Assembly: GCA_964495555.1 (NCBI GenBank)
Contig: CAZBWA010000001.1
Span: 9,873 to 73,872, forward strand
Direction of reading: 5' to 3'
DNA: 64,000 nucleotides
Source of the DNA: an uncultured Bifidobacteriaceae bacterium
GTDB taxonomy: Bacteria > Actinomycetota > Actinomycetes > S36-B12
Shown here: one piece after another, positions 1-9,694 of the stretch
Numbering within the stretch: the stretch's first letter is position 1
Layout of the letters: each line of letters opens with the position of its first letter
The notes under the pieces: model-generated
Told to the model about the DNA's origin: nothing
The model's database searches: none
Seen by the model: only the letters and a program-made list of their open reading frames with translations
Program-made: the position numbers and the translations under genes

Positions 1-1552
1 CGCGCTTGTTGCGTATCGCGCGCAAGGCGCGCGTCAGCTGGAGTCGCGTCTCGTGCGGGAGGATGACACGGTCCATGTAGCCGCGCTCGGCAGCCATATA
101 CGGGTTTGCGAGAGTCTGCTGGTACTCGTCGATGAACTTCGCCCGCTCCGACTCGGGATCGTCGGCAGCGGCGAGTTCCTTGCGGTAGAGGATGTTCACG
201 GCTGCTTGTGCGCCGACCACGGCGATCTCCGCGGTGGGCCATGCCAGGTTGATGTCCGCGCCGAGGTTCTTGGATCCCATGACGAGGTAGGCGCCGCCGT
301 ACGCCTTGCGCGTGACCACCGTGAGCAGGGGGACGGTCGCCTCCGAGTACGCGTAGATGAGTTTCGCGCCACGCCGGATGATGCCCTCCCATTCCTGATC
401 CGTGCCGGGGAGGAAGCCGGGAACGTCGACGAAGGTCACGACGGGGGTGTTGAAGGCATCGCAGGTGCGGACGAAGCGTGCGGCCTTCTCCGACGCGTCG
501 ATGTCGAGAGTCCCTGCGAACTGCATGGGTTGATTGGCCACGACACCGACAGCGTGACCCTCGATGCGGCCGAAGCCGGTGATGATGTTGGGCGCGAACA
601 GGGGCTGCGTCTCGAGGAACTCATCCTCGTCGAGAACCGCCTCGATGATGCGGTGCATGTCGTAGGGCTGGTTGGGGGAGTCGGGAATGATCGAATCGAG
701 GCTGTAGTCCTCCTCCGTGAACTCCATCGAGACCTCGGTGGGGATCACCGGGGGCTCGGAGAGGTTGTTGCTCGGGAGGAATGACAGCAGCGCGCGCACG
801 TAGTCGAGCGCATCGTGCTCGTCGGTGCCCATGTAGTGCGCCACGCCCGATTTGGTGTTGTGCGTGCGGGCCCCCCCCAGCTCCTCGAAACCCACGTCCT
901 CGCCGGTGACCGCCTTGATCACGTCGGGTCCGGTGATGAACATGTGTGAGGTCTGGTCCACCATCACGGTGAAGTCGGTGATCGCCGGGGAGTAGACCGC
1001 CCCTCCGGCGCACGGGCCCATGATCAGCGAGATCTGTGGGATGACCCCTGAAGCGTGCACGTTGCGACGGAAGATCTCGCCGTAGAGCGCGAGGGATACG
1101 ACCCCCTCCTGGATGCGCGCACCGCCCGAATCGTTCAGGCCGATCATCGGGCAGCCCGTCTTCATCGCTAGGTCCATAATCTTCGTGATCTTCTCGCCGA
1201 ATACCTCACCGAGCGACCCGCCGAACACCGTGAAGTCCTGCGCGAACACACATACCTGGCGTCCGTCGATGGTTCCGTAGCCGGTGATCACTCCATCACC
1301 GAAGGGTCGGTTGTTCTCCATGCCGAAGTTGTGCGAGCGATGCCGGACGAGTCCGTCGATGGGTTGGAACGAGCCCTCGTCCAGGAGCGCCTCAATGCGC
1401 TCGAGCGCCGTCATCTTGCCCTTGGCGTGCTGTTTGTCCACCGCCTCCTGGCGCCGCGCGGCAGCCTGGGCGCGACGCGACGTAAGGATCTCGGCCTTAC
1501 CCGCGGTCGTGCGCGGATCCAATCCGTGGGACTCGTCCGTTGCGGCGCTCAT
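1..1552 (-). CDS. accD5: Acyl-CoA (propionyl/acetyl-CoA) carboxylase carboxyltransferase beta subunit; 3' end cut by window edge
   Basis: Absent from the ORF track because it runs off the left edge. Manual reverse translation from ATG (complement of 1550-1552) reads [113 protein letters not shown], the carboxyltransferase pattern. Divergent from birA as in mycobacteria (recalled). Confidence 0.9.
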   Translation of the reverse strand, partial: MSAATDESHGLDPRTTAGKAEILTSRRAQAAARRQEAVDKQHAKGKMTALERIEALLDEGSFQPIDGLVRHRSHNFGMENNRPFGDGVITGYGTIDGRQVCVFAQDFTVFGGSLGEVFGEKITKIMDLAMKTGCPMIGLNDSGGARIQEGVVSLALYGEIFRRNVHASGVIPQISLIMGPCAGGAVYSPAITDFTVMVDQTSHMFITGPDVIKAVTGEDVGFEELGGARTHNTKSGVAHYMGTDEHDALDYVRALLSFLPSNNLSEPPVIPTEVSMEFTEEDYSLDSIIPDSPNQPYDMHRIIEAVLDEDEFLETQPLFAPNIITGFGRIEGHAVGVVANQPMQFAGTLDIDASEKAARFVRTCDAFNTPVVTFVDVPGFLPGTDQEWEGIIRRGAKLIYAYSEATVPLLTVVTRKAYGGAYLVMGSKNLGADINLAWPTAEIAVVGAQAAVNILYRKELAAADDPESERAKFIDEYQQTLANPYMAAERGYMDRVILPHETRLQLTRALRAIRNKR

Positions 1553-1582
1553 CGGGCCTCCTTGCCTGCGTACCTTAGTCGC

Positions 1583-2380
1583 GTGAGCGTCGCCGATCCC
1601 GACTCCGTGCTGGCGCGCATGCGCGCGTTGGGGGGATCGTGGCCGATGCCGACGATCCTGGACAGCGTGGACTCGACGAATCGCGCCCTCGCCGTGCGGG
1701 AGGGATACGTCGACGGGGAATGTGTGGTCGCCGACGAGCAGACTGCGGGGCGCGGCCGTGTCGACCGCAGCTGGGTGAGCACTGCGGGCGCGGGGTTGTG
1801 GATGTCCGTGCGCGTCTCGCTCGAGGGCGTGGTTCCGGAAAACTGGCCCCTGCTATCCGCCACCGCCGCCGTGGCCGCGCGCACTGCCCTGAGGAATGCA
1901 TGCGGCGTGACGGTCGGCATCAAATGGCCCAACGATCTCGTGGTGGAACCGTCCATGCGCAAGATCGGCGGCCTGCTCACCGAAGTCGTCGGACGCTGGG
2001 CGGTCGTCGGGATCGGGATCAACGTCGCGTGGCCTGCGCAGGAGCTTCCGACACCGGAGTCGACATCGGTCCTGGTCGAGGGCGGACGGATCGACCGGGG
2101 GGAATTGCTCGCCCATGTCTTGGTCGAACTCGAGAGGTGCGTGGCCCTGTGGCGGAGTTCGCCCGACGAAGTGGTGGGAGCGTTCCGTCGATCGTGCGTC
2201 AGCCTCGGCCGCGAGGTCGTCGTCCTCCTCCCCGACGGATCGACCGTGTCCGGAACGGCGACTGATGTCGACCACGGTGGACGGCTTGTCCTCATGTCCG
2301 GGGAAACACCCGTGTTCATCAGCGCGGGAGACGTGATCCATGCCACGATCACGCCATGGGATATCCCGCGAAACTCCTAG
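1583..2380 (+). CDS. birA: Biotin--[acetyl-CoA-carboxylase] ligase
   Basis: In-frame part of ORF 1331..2380. GTG at 1583 chosen because the upstream part overlaps the accD5 start. Contains [22 protein letters not shown] and GIKWPNDL, the biotin protein ligase GRGRxxRxW-type motifs. Confidence 0.85.
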   Translation: MSVADPDSVLARMRALGGSWPMPTILDSVDSTNRALAVREGYVDGECVVADEQTAGRGRVDRSWVSTAGAGLWMSVRVSLEGVVPENWPLLSATAAVAARTALRNACGVTVGIKWPNDLVVEPSMRKIGGLLTEVVGRWAVVGIGINVAWPAQELPTPESTSVLVEGGRIDRGELLAHVLVELERCVALWRSSPDEVVGAFRRSCVSLGREVVVLLPDGSTVSGTATDVDHGGRLVLMSGETPVFISAGDVIHATITPWDIPRNS

Positions 2381-2868
2381 CCCCCGGTGAAGTCATCAAG
2401 TTCGAGACAAGGCCCCATTGGCGGGCACTGTTCGTACCCGGCCTGATCTTCCTCGCGACGGTGATCGGTCTCGTGCTGCTCCTGTCGTGGTTCGCATCGT
2501 CACTGCCCGGCCTGGAATGGCTGCGGTGGATCTTCGTGATCGGGGGGATCGTCATCATCATCCTCTGGGCGGTGATGCCGTTCCTCCGCTGGGTCACGAC
2601 CGATTACGTCTTCACCGATCGTCGGATCATCGTGCGGTCGGGGATCATCTCCCGTCGGGGCAAGGACATCCCGTTATCCAAGGTCAACAACGTGTCCTTC
2701 GAGGTCCCACCCATGGGACGCGTGCTCAACTACGGGGCCCTGCTGATCCAGTCGGCGGGTGAGAACGACGGCTTGACGGTGAAGGACGTCCCCGACGTCG
2801 AGCAGATGCAGCGCAGCATCTACGAGCACATCGAAGCTGACGAGCGGCGACGTCGCGGCAACGAGTAG
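2356..2868 (+). CDS. Membrane protein with bacterial PH (bPH_2/DUF304) domain
   Basis: ORF 2356..2868. N-terminal RPHWRALFVPGLIFLATVIGLVLLL plus a second hydrophobic helix, then TTDYVFTDRRIIVRSGIISRRGKDIPLSKVNNVSFE, typical of the YdbS/YdbT-like PH fold. Same slot between birA and purK as in other actinobacteria (recalled). Confidence 0.7.
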   Translation: MGYPAKLLAPGEVIKFETRPHWRALFVPGLIFLATVIGLVLLLSWFASSLPGLEWLRWIFVIGGIVIIILWAVMPFLRWVTTDYVFTDRRIIVRSGIISRRGKDIPLSKVNNVSFEVPPMGRVLNYGALLIQSAGENDGLTVKDVPDVEQMQRSIYEHIEADERRRRGNE

Positions 2869-2902
2869 CGCGGGGCAGTTGAGCCCCCGATAGGTTCTGC
2901 AT

Positions 2903-4054
2903 GTGACGCGAGACGTCGGCGCACCGCGTGTGGGCATGGTGGGCGGCGGTCAGCTCGCCCGTATGACCGCAGCGCCAGCGGCAGCACTCGGGATCGATTT
3001 CCGTGTCCTGGCGACGTCCTCCGATGATCCCGCGGCCCAGGTCGTGGCGGACGTGCGCATCGGTCGTCATGACGACCCGGAGGCAGTTCTCGATTTCGCC
3101 CGTGGCTGCGATGTCGTCACCTTCGACCACGAGCATGTGCCACCCACGCTCCTCGAGCAGGTCGAGGCTCTCGGGGTGGCGGTGCGGCCGGGACCCTCGG
3201 CGCTCTTCCACGCGCAGGACAAGGCGCACATGCGTCAGGCGCTCGCGGGGTTCCCGGGACCGCGCTGGGCCGTGGTGGACACCCCGGACGAGGCGGCCGG
3301 ATTCGCCCGGATCGTGGGGTATCCCTTCGTCATCAAGACCTCGCGCGGTGGATACGACGGACGCGGGGTCTGGCGCGTCACGTCGACGGACGACATCGCC
3401 GCCGTCATGGGTCAGGAACGCCCCCTCGGGGCGGTGTGGCTCGCCGAGGAGTGCGTCGCCTTCGTTCGGGAACTCTCCGCTCAGGTGGCGCGCTCACCGT
3501 CCGGCCAGTCCGTCGCCTATCCGATCGTGGAGACGGTCCAACGTGCGGGCGTCTGCGCCGAGGTCGTGGCTCCGGCCCCCGATCTCGCAGACCAACGGGC
3601 GATGGAGGCGCAGTCCCTCGCGCTCGAGATCGCTGCCGAACTCCGCGTGACCGGGATGTTGGCAGTCGAGATGTTCGACACGGGGTCGCAGATCCTGGTC
3701 AACGAGTTGGCCATGCGTCCCCACAACTCGGGTCACTGGTCGATCGAGGGAGCCGTCACCAGTCAGTTCGAGAACCACCTCCGAGCAGTCCTGGACCTCC
3801 CCCTGGGTGTTCCTTCCGCGGTCGCGCCGCATGCGGTCATGGTGAACATCCTCGGGGGGGATGTGCCGAACCTCTACTCCGCATACCGGCACGTCCTGGC
3901 ACGGGACCCGGGCATCCACGTGCATCTCTACGGCAAGGAGGTGCGACCTGGACGTAAGGTCGGGCACGTGACTGCCGTTGGATCGGACCTTCCCTCGCTT
4001 CGTGTGCGAGCCCGGCACGCGGCCGACTACTTCATGGGAGCCATCGATGAGTGA
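2903..4054 (+). CDS. purK: N5-carboxyaminoimidazole ribonucleotide synthase
   Basis: ORF 2903..4054. [32 protein letters not shown] and [14 protein letters not shown] match ATP-grasp PurK. Stop overlaps the purE start. Confidence 0.9.
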   Translation: MTRDVGAPRVGMVGGGQLARMTAAPAAALGIDFRVLATSSDDPAAQVVADVRIGRHDDPEAVLDFARGCDVVTFDHEHVPPTLLEQVEALGVAVRPGPSALFHAQDKAHMRQALAGFPGPRWAVVDTPDEAAGFARIVGYPFVIKTSRGGYDGRGVWRVTSTDDIAAVMGQERPLGAVWLAEECVAFVRELSAQVARSPSGQSVAYPIVETVQRAGVCAEVVAPAPDLADQRAMEAQSLALEIAAELRVTGMLAVEMFDTGSQILVNELAMRPHNSGHWSIEGAVTSQFENHLRAVLDLPLGVPSAVAPHAVMVNILGGDVPNLYSAYRHVLARDPGIHVHLYGKEVRPGRKVGHVTAVGSDLPSLRVRARHAADYFMGAIDE

Positions 4055-4544
4055 CCGCGCCCTGGTGGCCGTGTGCATGGGCAGCGACTCCGATTGGTCG
4101 GTGATGGAGGGCGCCTCCCTGGTCCTCGACGAGTTCGGTGTCCCGCATCGTGTGGATGTCGTGTCGGCGCATCGGATGCCGCACGAGATGGTCGAGTTCG
4201 GGACGTCCGCGCGCACGCAGGGCATCCAGATCATCATCGCGGGCGCGGGCGGTGCGGCTCATCTCCCAGGCATGCTTGCGTCGGTCACCGCGTTGCCGGT
4301 GATCGGCGTTCCGGTGCCGGTCGGCAGCCTCGACGGGATGGACGCCCTCCTGTCGATCGTTCAGATGCCGGCCGGAGTCCCCGTGGCGACCGTGGGAATC
4401 GGCAACTCACGCAATGCCGGTCTCCTGGCCGTGCGCATGCTCGGCCTCGCGTCCGCGGGTCTCTCCGATGCCATGGAGTCCTACCAGCGCGAGTTGAACG
4501 ATCAGGCGAAGGTCAAAGGCGAACGGATCAGGCGCGCAACCTGA
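4047..4544 (+). CDS. purE: N5-carboxyaminoimidazole ribonucleotide mutase
   Basis: In-frame ATG at 4047 within ORF 3978..4544. [45 protein letters not shown] is the PurE signature. Confidence 0.9.
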   Translation: MSDRALVAVCMGSDSDWSVMEGASLVLDEFGVPHRVDVVSAHRMPHEMVEFGTSARTQGIQIIIAGAGGAAHLPGMLASVTALPVIGVPVPVGSLDGMDALLSIVQMPAGVPVATVGIGNSRNAGLLAVRMLGLASAGLSDAMESYQRELNDQAKVKGERIRRAT

Positions 4545-4953
4545 GCCGCGGGTACTCGATCGCAGGGCATCGGTCCATCACCATCACCAGGCCGGCGTCC
4601 GTCACGCGCGTCGCCGCGGCCTCGTCGATGACGCCCAGTTGGAACCAGACCGCTGTCGCCCCTACAGCGATCGCCTCATCCGCGAACTCCCCAGCGCGGT
4701 CACTGCGCCTGAAGACGTCGACGACGTCGGGGACTCCGACCGCGGCGACGGCATCGGAGATGCTGCGATAGCCCTGCTGGCCGTGGACGACTTCGGCGCG
4801 GGGGTGGATCGGCACGACGACCTTCCCGATGGACTGCAGGAATCCCGCAACCCTGTAGGCGGGTCGATCCGGGGTGTCGCCCAGCCCCACTACGAACCAC
4901 AGGCGCGAATTCACGAGGATGTCGGCCACGACACCATCGGTCGGCTGGCGCAT
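4528..4953 (-). CDS. CoA-binding domain protein (YccU-like)
   Basis: ORF 4528..4989. Internal ATG at 4953 forms a TGATG stop/start junction with ugd. [64 protein letters not shown] resembles the CoA_binding_2 fold. Confidence 0.6.
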   Translation of the reverse strand: MRQPTDGVVADILVNSRLWFVVGLGDTPDRPAYRVAGFLQSIGKVVVPIHPRAEVVHGQQGYRSISDAVAAVGVPDVVDVFRRSDRAGEFADEAIAVGATAVWFQLGVIDEAAATRVTDAGLVMVMDRCPAIEYPRLRLRA

Positions 4954-6254
4954 CAAGCGGCCGGGCGTCCCAGCGCTCGGTAGGTCCAACCCGCAGCGCG
5001 CCAGGCACTCGGGTCCAGGGCATTGCGCGCGTCGATGATCCGGGCGTGCGCCGTCACCGGGGCCAGGGCGGCCGGATCGAGCTCTCGGAACTCACGCCAC
5101 TCTGTTCCGAGGATCACGAGGTCGGCATCCGTCACGGCCTTGACGATGTCGTCGACGTAGGTCAGCGTCGGGTACACGCGTTCGGCATTGGACAGGCCCT
5201 TGGGATCGGTCACCACTACGTGGGCACCGGCATTGGCGAGGGCGACTGCGACGTCGAGAGCAGGTGAATCACGAACGTCGTCGCTATCGGGTTTGAAGGT
5301 GGCACCCAGCATGCAGATACTCGTTCCACGAAGGACGCCACCGAGCATTTTGCGCGCGAGATCTACCGTGTGGCTGCGGCGACGGAGGTTGATCTGGTCG
5401 ACCTCCCGCAGGAAGGTCAGGGCCTCCTCGGCACCGAGTTCGCCCGCGCGCGCCATGAAGGCCCGGATGTCCTTGGGCAGGCAGCCTCCGCCGAATCCCA
5501 GGCCCGCAGCGAGGAAGCGATTGCCGATCCGGGGGTCGTACCCGATGGCCTCGGCCAGTTTCACAACATCCGCGCCGGCTGCTTCGCATACCTCGGCCAT
5601 CGCGTTGATGAAGGAGATTTTCGTGGCCAAGAAGGAATTGGCGGCCACCTTCACGAGTTCCGCGGTGGGGAAGTCCGTGACGAGCAGGGGTACGCCCTTC
5701 GCCGTGATCGGGGCGTACACCTCGCGAAGGATCGTCTCGGCCCGCGAGCTGCGAACGCCAATCACCAGTCGATCCGGGGTCAGAGTGTCGGCGACGGCGA
5801 AACCCTCGCGCAGGAACTCCGGGTTCCAGGCCACCTCCGTGGTCAGCCGAGTCGCGATGGCGTCGGCGGTCCCCACGGGCACCGTGGACTTGCCCACTAC
5901 GAGGTCATCCGCGCCGATGTGCGGTGCGAGGGCGTCGACCGCGCCGAACACCTGGCTCATGTCGGCGGCATGCGCCCCCGCCTGCTGGGGTGTTCCCACA
6001 CAGATGAAGTGCACGTCGGCGAATGTGCCGGCCTCGGCGAACGACGTCGTGAATCGGAGTCGTCCCGCGGCGATGTTGCGCTCGAGGACCTCGTCCAGTC
6101 CGGGTTCGTAGAACGGCACCCTCCCGGAGGACAGCAGTTCGACTTTCGCGGGATCGACGTCGACCCCGATCACCTCGAAGCCCAACTCCGCCATGCACGC
6201 GGCGTGGGTGGCTCCGAGGTACCCGGTGCCGATCACGGAGAGCCGGTGCGCCAT
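4953..6254 (-). CDS. ugd: UDP-glucose 6-dehydrogenase
   Basis: C-terminal 433 aa of ORF 4953..7820, starting at MAHRLSVIGTGYLGATHAACMAELG (Rossmann). Has NPEFLREG and the catalytic-Cys motif GFGGGCLPKD. The upstream 520 aa of the ORF are Arg/Gly-rich antisense artefact. Confidence 0.9.
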   Translation of the reverse strand: MAHRLSVIGTGYLGATHAACMAELGFEVIGVDVDPAKVELLSSGRVPFYEPGLDEVLERNIAAGRLRFTTSFAEAGTFADVHFICVGTPQQAGAHAADMSQVFGAVDALAPHIGADDLVVGKSTVPVGTADAIATRLTTEVAWNPEFLREGFAVADTLTPDRLVIGVRSSRAETILREVYAPITAKGVPLLVTDFPTAELVKVAANSFLATKISFINAMAEVCEAAGADVVKLAEAIGYDPRIGNRFLAAGLGFGGGCLPKDIRAFMARAGELGAEEALTFLREVDQINLRRRSHTVDLARKMLGGVLRGTSICMLGATFKPDSDDVRDSPALDVAVALANAGAHVVVTDPKGLSNAERVYPTLTYVDDIVKAVTDADLVILGTEWREFRELDPAALAPVTAHARIIDARNALDPSAWRAAGWTYRALGRPAA

Positions 6255-6287
6255 GCCGTCAGAGTAGTCGTGTCGGACGCCCCTACA

Positions 6288-7784
6288 GTGCTGACCGTGT
6301 CGAGCGTCACCGGAGCCCGGGTGCGTGCGCGTCGCGACACCTGGCGCGTGCGTGTGTCGGACGTCGGCGCCCTGCGCCGCCTCGTCACGGCGTCCCTGGG
6401 AGCGGGCCCCCTCTCGGGGATCGACGTCCGGGTCGATCGGTGGAAGGCCCCGCGCCTCGGATGGTGGGGTTCGCCGGGTATCCCGAACGTTCGCGCCCTG
6501 TCCTACGCGCCCGAGGCCGACGGCGTCCGCGTGGAGATCCACACGACGGAGCCGCGCGACGCCGCCATCCTGCTCGCGGCCGCCCTGCGCGTGGTGGCTC
6601 CCGCTCCGACGGGAACGCCGGCCGTCACCTGGGAGCCGGGCGCCGATACCGGTGGACGTCTCGCCGAGACGGTCCGGGACCTCAGCACCGAGCCCCGCGA
6701 CGCTCACCTGCGACGTGCCGACTGGTTGATCGCCGGAGCGGGGGACCATGTCGAGCACCGCGGCATCGTCGACGTGAATGCGGCGGTGGATCCACTCGTC
6801 CACCGACCCATCGGCCGCAGATCCGACAGCATCGGCAGGGTCATGTCGGCCGGCGACCTCCACCTCGTGGGCGATCTCACGTGGTCGCAGGTCTCCGACC
6901 TCCGCGGAGTCGCGCTGGTGACGAATGCGGGAGTCCTGGATGAGCGGCAGCGCGCGCAGGTGGCGGCGTGCGGGGTGCTGCTCGACGATGCCCCGGGCCC
7001 CGAGGACGACCTCCTGTCGTGGACCGCCGCGTCCGTCGCCTCGCGTCGCGAATCCCTGCGTCGGCACTCTCCCGTGGTGGGCGAGTGGCCGACGGTGAGC
7101 ATCGTCATGTCGATCCATCGACCTGATCACGTGGCTCGCGCCATGGAGATGGTGCGTCGACAGACGTACCCATGGCTCCAACTCGTCGCCGTGCAGCACG
7201 GGGATCTCTCTCTGCCGATTCGCGAACTCCTCGACGGTTGGCGCGGGGAGTGGTGCGTCATCGGCGCACCGGGGGAGCTCACCCTCGGCGAGGCGCTCGC
7301 CGAGGGGTCGTCCAGGGCTGACGGCGACCTGATCGCCAAGATGGATGACGACGACTACTACGGCGCCGAGCACATATGGGATCTGGTGCTGGCGCGCATG
7401 TACTCGGGTGCGCAGGTCGTAGGTAAGGCCCTGGACTACATCCACCTCGCGGCGCAGGACGTGACGGTGTTCCGTCCCACCTATCGATCGGAGAAGTACG
7501 CGGATTTCGTGGCAGGGGGAACGCTGCTCATCTCGCGTGGTGATCTCGCCCAGGTGGGCGGGTGGCGACCGGTTCCCAGATCCGTCGATCGTGCCCTGCT
7601 CGATCAGGTGCTGGGCTCCGGGGGCTTGGTGTACCGCACCCACGGTCTGGGCTACGTCTACGTCCGGCACGCCGCGGGCAACACCGCGGAGGTGCGCGAC
7701 GACCACTTCCTGAACAAGACCGTGGCGCGCTACCCCGGCCTCCTCCGGCACGAGGCGCTGGGCACGGGGGAGACCCATGTCTGA
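6288..7784 (+). CDS. Glycosyltransferase family 2 domain protein with ~270-aa uncharacterised N-terminal region
   Basis: In-frame GTG at 6288 within ORF 5370..7784 (the earlier part is antisense to ugd). C-terminal WPTVSIVMSIHRPDHVARAMEMVRRQTY..DLIAKMDDDDYYGAEH is GT-A/GT2-like with a DxD. I do not recognise the N-terminal part. Confidence 0.65.
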   Translation: MLTVSSVTGARVRARRDTWRVRVSDVGALRRLVTASLGAGPLSGIDVRVDRWKAPRLGWWGSPGIPNVRALSYAPEADGVRVEIHTTEPRDAAILLAAALRVVAPAPTGTPAVTWEPGADTGGRLAETVRDLSTEPRDAHLRRADWLIAGAGDHVEHRGIVDVNAAVDPLVHRPIGRRSDSIGRVMSAGDLHLVGDLTWSQVSDLRGVALVTNAGVLDERQRAQVAACGVLLDDAPGPEDDLLSWTAASVASRRESLRRHSPVVGEWPTVSIVMSIHRPDHVARAMEMVRRQTYPWLQLVAVQHGDLSLPIRELLDGWRGEWCVIGAPGELTLGEALAEGSSRADGDLIAKMDDDDYYGAEHIWDLVLARMYSGAQVVGKALDYIHLAAQDVTVFRPTYRSEKYADFVAGGTLLISRGDLAQVGGWRPVPRSVDRALLDQVLGSGGLVYRTHGLGYVYVRHAAGNTAEVRDDHFLNKTVARYPGLLRHEALGTGETHV

Positions 7785-8763
7785 GCACCCCGCGGTGTCC
7801 GTCGTCATGCCGGTCGTCAACGAGGAGCGGCATCTACGCGCATCCGTCGCTCGGGTGCTGGACCAGGACTATCGCGGTCCCATCGACGTGGTTCTCGCCG
7901 TCGGGCCCTCGCGGGATCGCACGCGGGAGGTCGCTGCCGAACTCGCTCGGGGGGATTCCCGCGTGCACGTGGTGGACAACCCCTCGGGGCGCACACCCTC
8001 GGGCCTCAACCGGGCGATCGCTGCCGTCGATTCGGAGATCGTCGTGCGCGTGGACGGACATGCCATGGTTCCGCGGGACTATGTCCGCATCGGCGTGGAG
8101 ACTCTTCAGCGCACGGGAGCGGACAACGTCGGCGGCATCATGGCCGCACAGGGGGAGTCCGACACGGAGCGCGCGGTGGCGTTGGCCATGCGATCGCGCT
8201 TCGGCGTCGGCGATGCCTCCTTCCACGTCGGCGGGGAGGAGGGGCCAGCGCTCACGGTCTACCTCGGGTGTTTCCGCCGCAGTGCCCTCGAACGTGTAGG
8301 CGGATACGACGAGTCCATGGTGCGCGCGCAGGACTGGGAGCTGAACCTGCGCATCCGCGAGACCGGCGGCATCGTCTGGTTCACGCCGCGCATGTCGGTC
8401 ACCTATCGACCACGGTCCACCTTGCGCGCTCTCGCGCGGCAGTACCACGACTACGGACGGTGGCGACGCGAGGTTGTGCGCCGCCATCCCGAGACAGTGT
8501 CCCTGCGCTACCTCGCGGCCCCCGTCACCGTCGCGGCCGTGGGCGCTGGCGCCCTTCTCGCGATCGCTGGCGCGGTGACGGATCGGCCATGGCTGGTGGG
8601 CATCGGCGCAGCCCCGGCAGGGGCCTACGCGGTCGGGAACCTCATCGCCAGTGCGATGTCCGGTGGGCGTGACGCGCGTGCCGCCCTGCGGCTTCCCGGT
8701 GTGTTCGCCACGATGCATGGCGCTTGGGGCGTCGGCTTCCTGCGCGGTGGCGTGGCAGGCTGA
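7777..8763 (+). CDS. Glycosyltransferase family 2
   Basis: ORF 7777..8763. VSVVMPVVNEERHLRASVARVLDQDY..VVLAVGPSRDRT..VRVDGH, with C-terminal hydrophobic helices. 8-nt overlap with the upstream gene. Confidence 0.8.
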   Translation: MSEHPAVSVVMPVVNEERHLRASVARVLDQDYRGPIDVVLAVGPSRDRTREVAAELARGDSRVHVVDNPSGRTPSGLNRAIAAVDSEIVVRVDGHAMVPRDYVRIGVETLQRTGADNVGGIMAAQGESDTERAVALAMRSRFGVGDASFHVGGEEGPALTVYLGCFRRSALERVGGYDESMVRAQDWELNLRIRETGGIVWFTPRMSVTYRPRSTLRALARQYHDYGRWRREVVRRHPETVSLRYLAAPVTVAAVGAGALLAIAGAVTDRPWLVGIGAAPAGAYAVGNLIASAMSGGRDARAALRLPGVFATMHGAWGVGFLRGGVAG

Positions 8764-8767
8764 CGCC

Positions 8768-9694
8768 GTGCCCCGGTGGTTGCGGCGGAAGCCGCGGTGG
8801 ACCTGGTCCATCGTGACGTCCGCACCTAAGGGCGAGCCGGGCCGTGCCTGGGGTGACACGTATTTCGCCGAGGACCTCGCTGGAGCCCTCCGTGAACTGG
8901 ATCAGCGCGTGAGCGTCGTCTCGCGTGCCGGTGCGGGGGCCGCGGAGCGCGAGACCGACGACGTAGTGGTCGTCCTCCGTGGCCTTCGGCGCGTCCACCC
9001 ACGCCGGGGAAACGCCACGTGGTTGCTCTGGGTGATCTCGCACCCCGAGCTCGTCGATGCTGATGAACCGCGCGACTTCGACGCGGTCTTCGCGGCCTCG
9101 AACTCCTGGGGCCGCGATGCGCGCGTACCCGTCACCCCGCTCCTGCAGGCGACGGATCCCGCGCGCTTCCATCCCCGGGAGGCGCAGGCACCGTGGAGGG
9201 ATCGGGTGCTCTTCGTCGGTAACACGCGAGGCGAATACCGGCCGATCGTTCGCGATGCGATCGCCGTCGGCGCCGAACCGATGGTGTACGGCTCCGGATG
9301 GGGTGGGCTCATCCCTGACGAGCTGTGGTGCGGAGAGTTCCTCCCCAACGATCAACTACCACTCGCATACGCGAGCGCCCGGGTCGTCCTCAACGACCAT
9401 TGGGGCGACATGGCGGAGGCGGGCTTCCTGTCCAACCGACTCTTTGACGCCGTCGGCGCCGGAGCAGCCGTCGTATCCGATCCGGTCCGTGGACTCGACG
9501 ACGTGTTCGGTGACGTGGTGCGCGTCTCCCGCGACGCTGCGGACCTCGCCCACCTCCTCGGCCCCGACGGAGATCTTCCCTCGGTCACCGAACGTCGGGA
9601 TGCGGCGACGCGCGTCGCGAGCGAGCACAGCTTCGGGGATCGAGCCCGCGTCCTACTCGACACGGTGACACGACTTCGAGGCGTCGATGACTGA
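8768..9694 (+). CDS. Glycosyltransferase-like protein (CgeB/DUF3880-type, GT-B C-terminal half)
   Basis: In-frame GTG at 8768 within ORF 8651..9694, just after the previous stop. VLFVGNTRGEYRPIVRDA..YGSGW..YASARVVLNDHW..GFLSNRLFDAVGAGAAVVSD resembles CgeB-type GT-B domains (recalled). Confidence 0.55.
   Translation: MPRWLRRKPRWTWSIVTSAPKGEPGRAWGDTYFAEDLAGALRELDQRVSVVSRAGAGAAERETDDVVVVLRGLRRVHPRRGNATWLLWVISHPELVDADEPRDFDAVFAASNSWGRDARVPVTPLLQATDPARFHPREAQAPWRDRVLFVGNTRGEYRPIVRDAIAVGAEPMVYGSGWGGLIPDELWCGEFLPNDQLPLAYASARVVLNDHWGDMAEAGFLSNRLFDAVGAGAAVVSDPVRGLDDVFGDVVRVSRDAADLAHLLGPDGDLPSVTERRDAATRVASEHSFGDRARVLLDTVTRLRGVDD

Noticed and set aside
5370-6287. N-terminal part of the 804-aa plus-strand ORF 5370..7784
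   Set aside because: Antisense to ugd and has no motif. The glycosyltransferase-like sequence only starts after 6288.
6255-7820. N-terminal 520 aa of the 955-aa minus-strand ORF 4953..7820
   Set aside because: Arg/Gly/His-rich low-complexity translation lying antisense to a recognisable GT2 gene. The recognisable UDP-glucose dehydrogenase begins at the internal MAHRLSVIGTGYLG (6254). Typical high-GC open-frame artefact.
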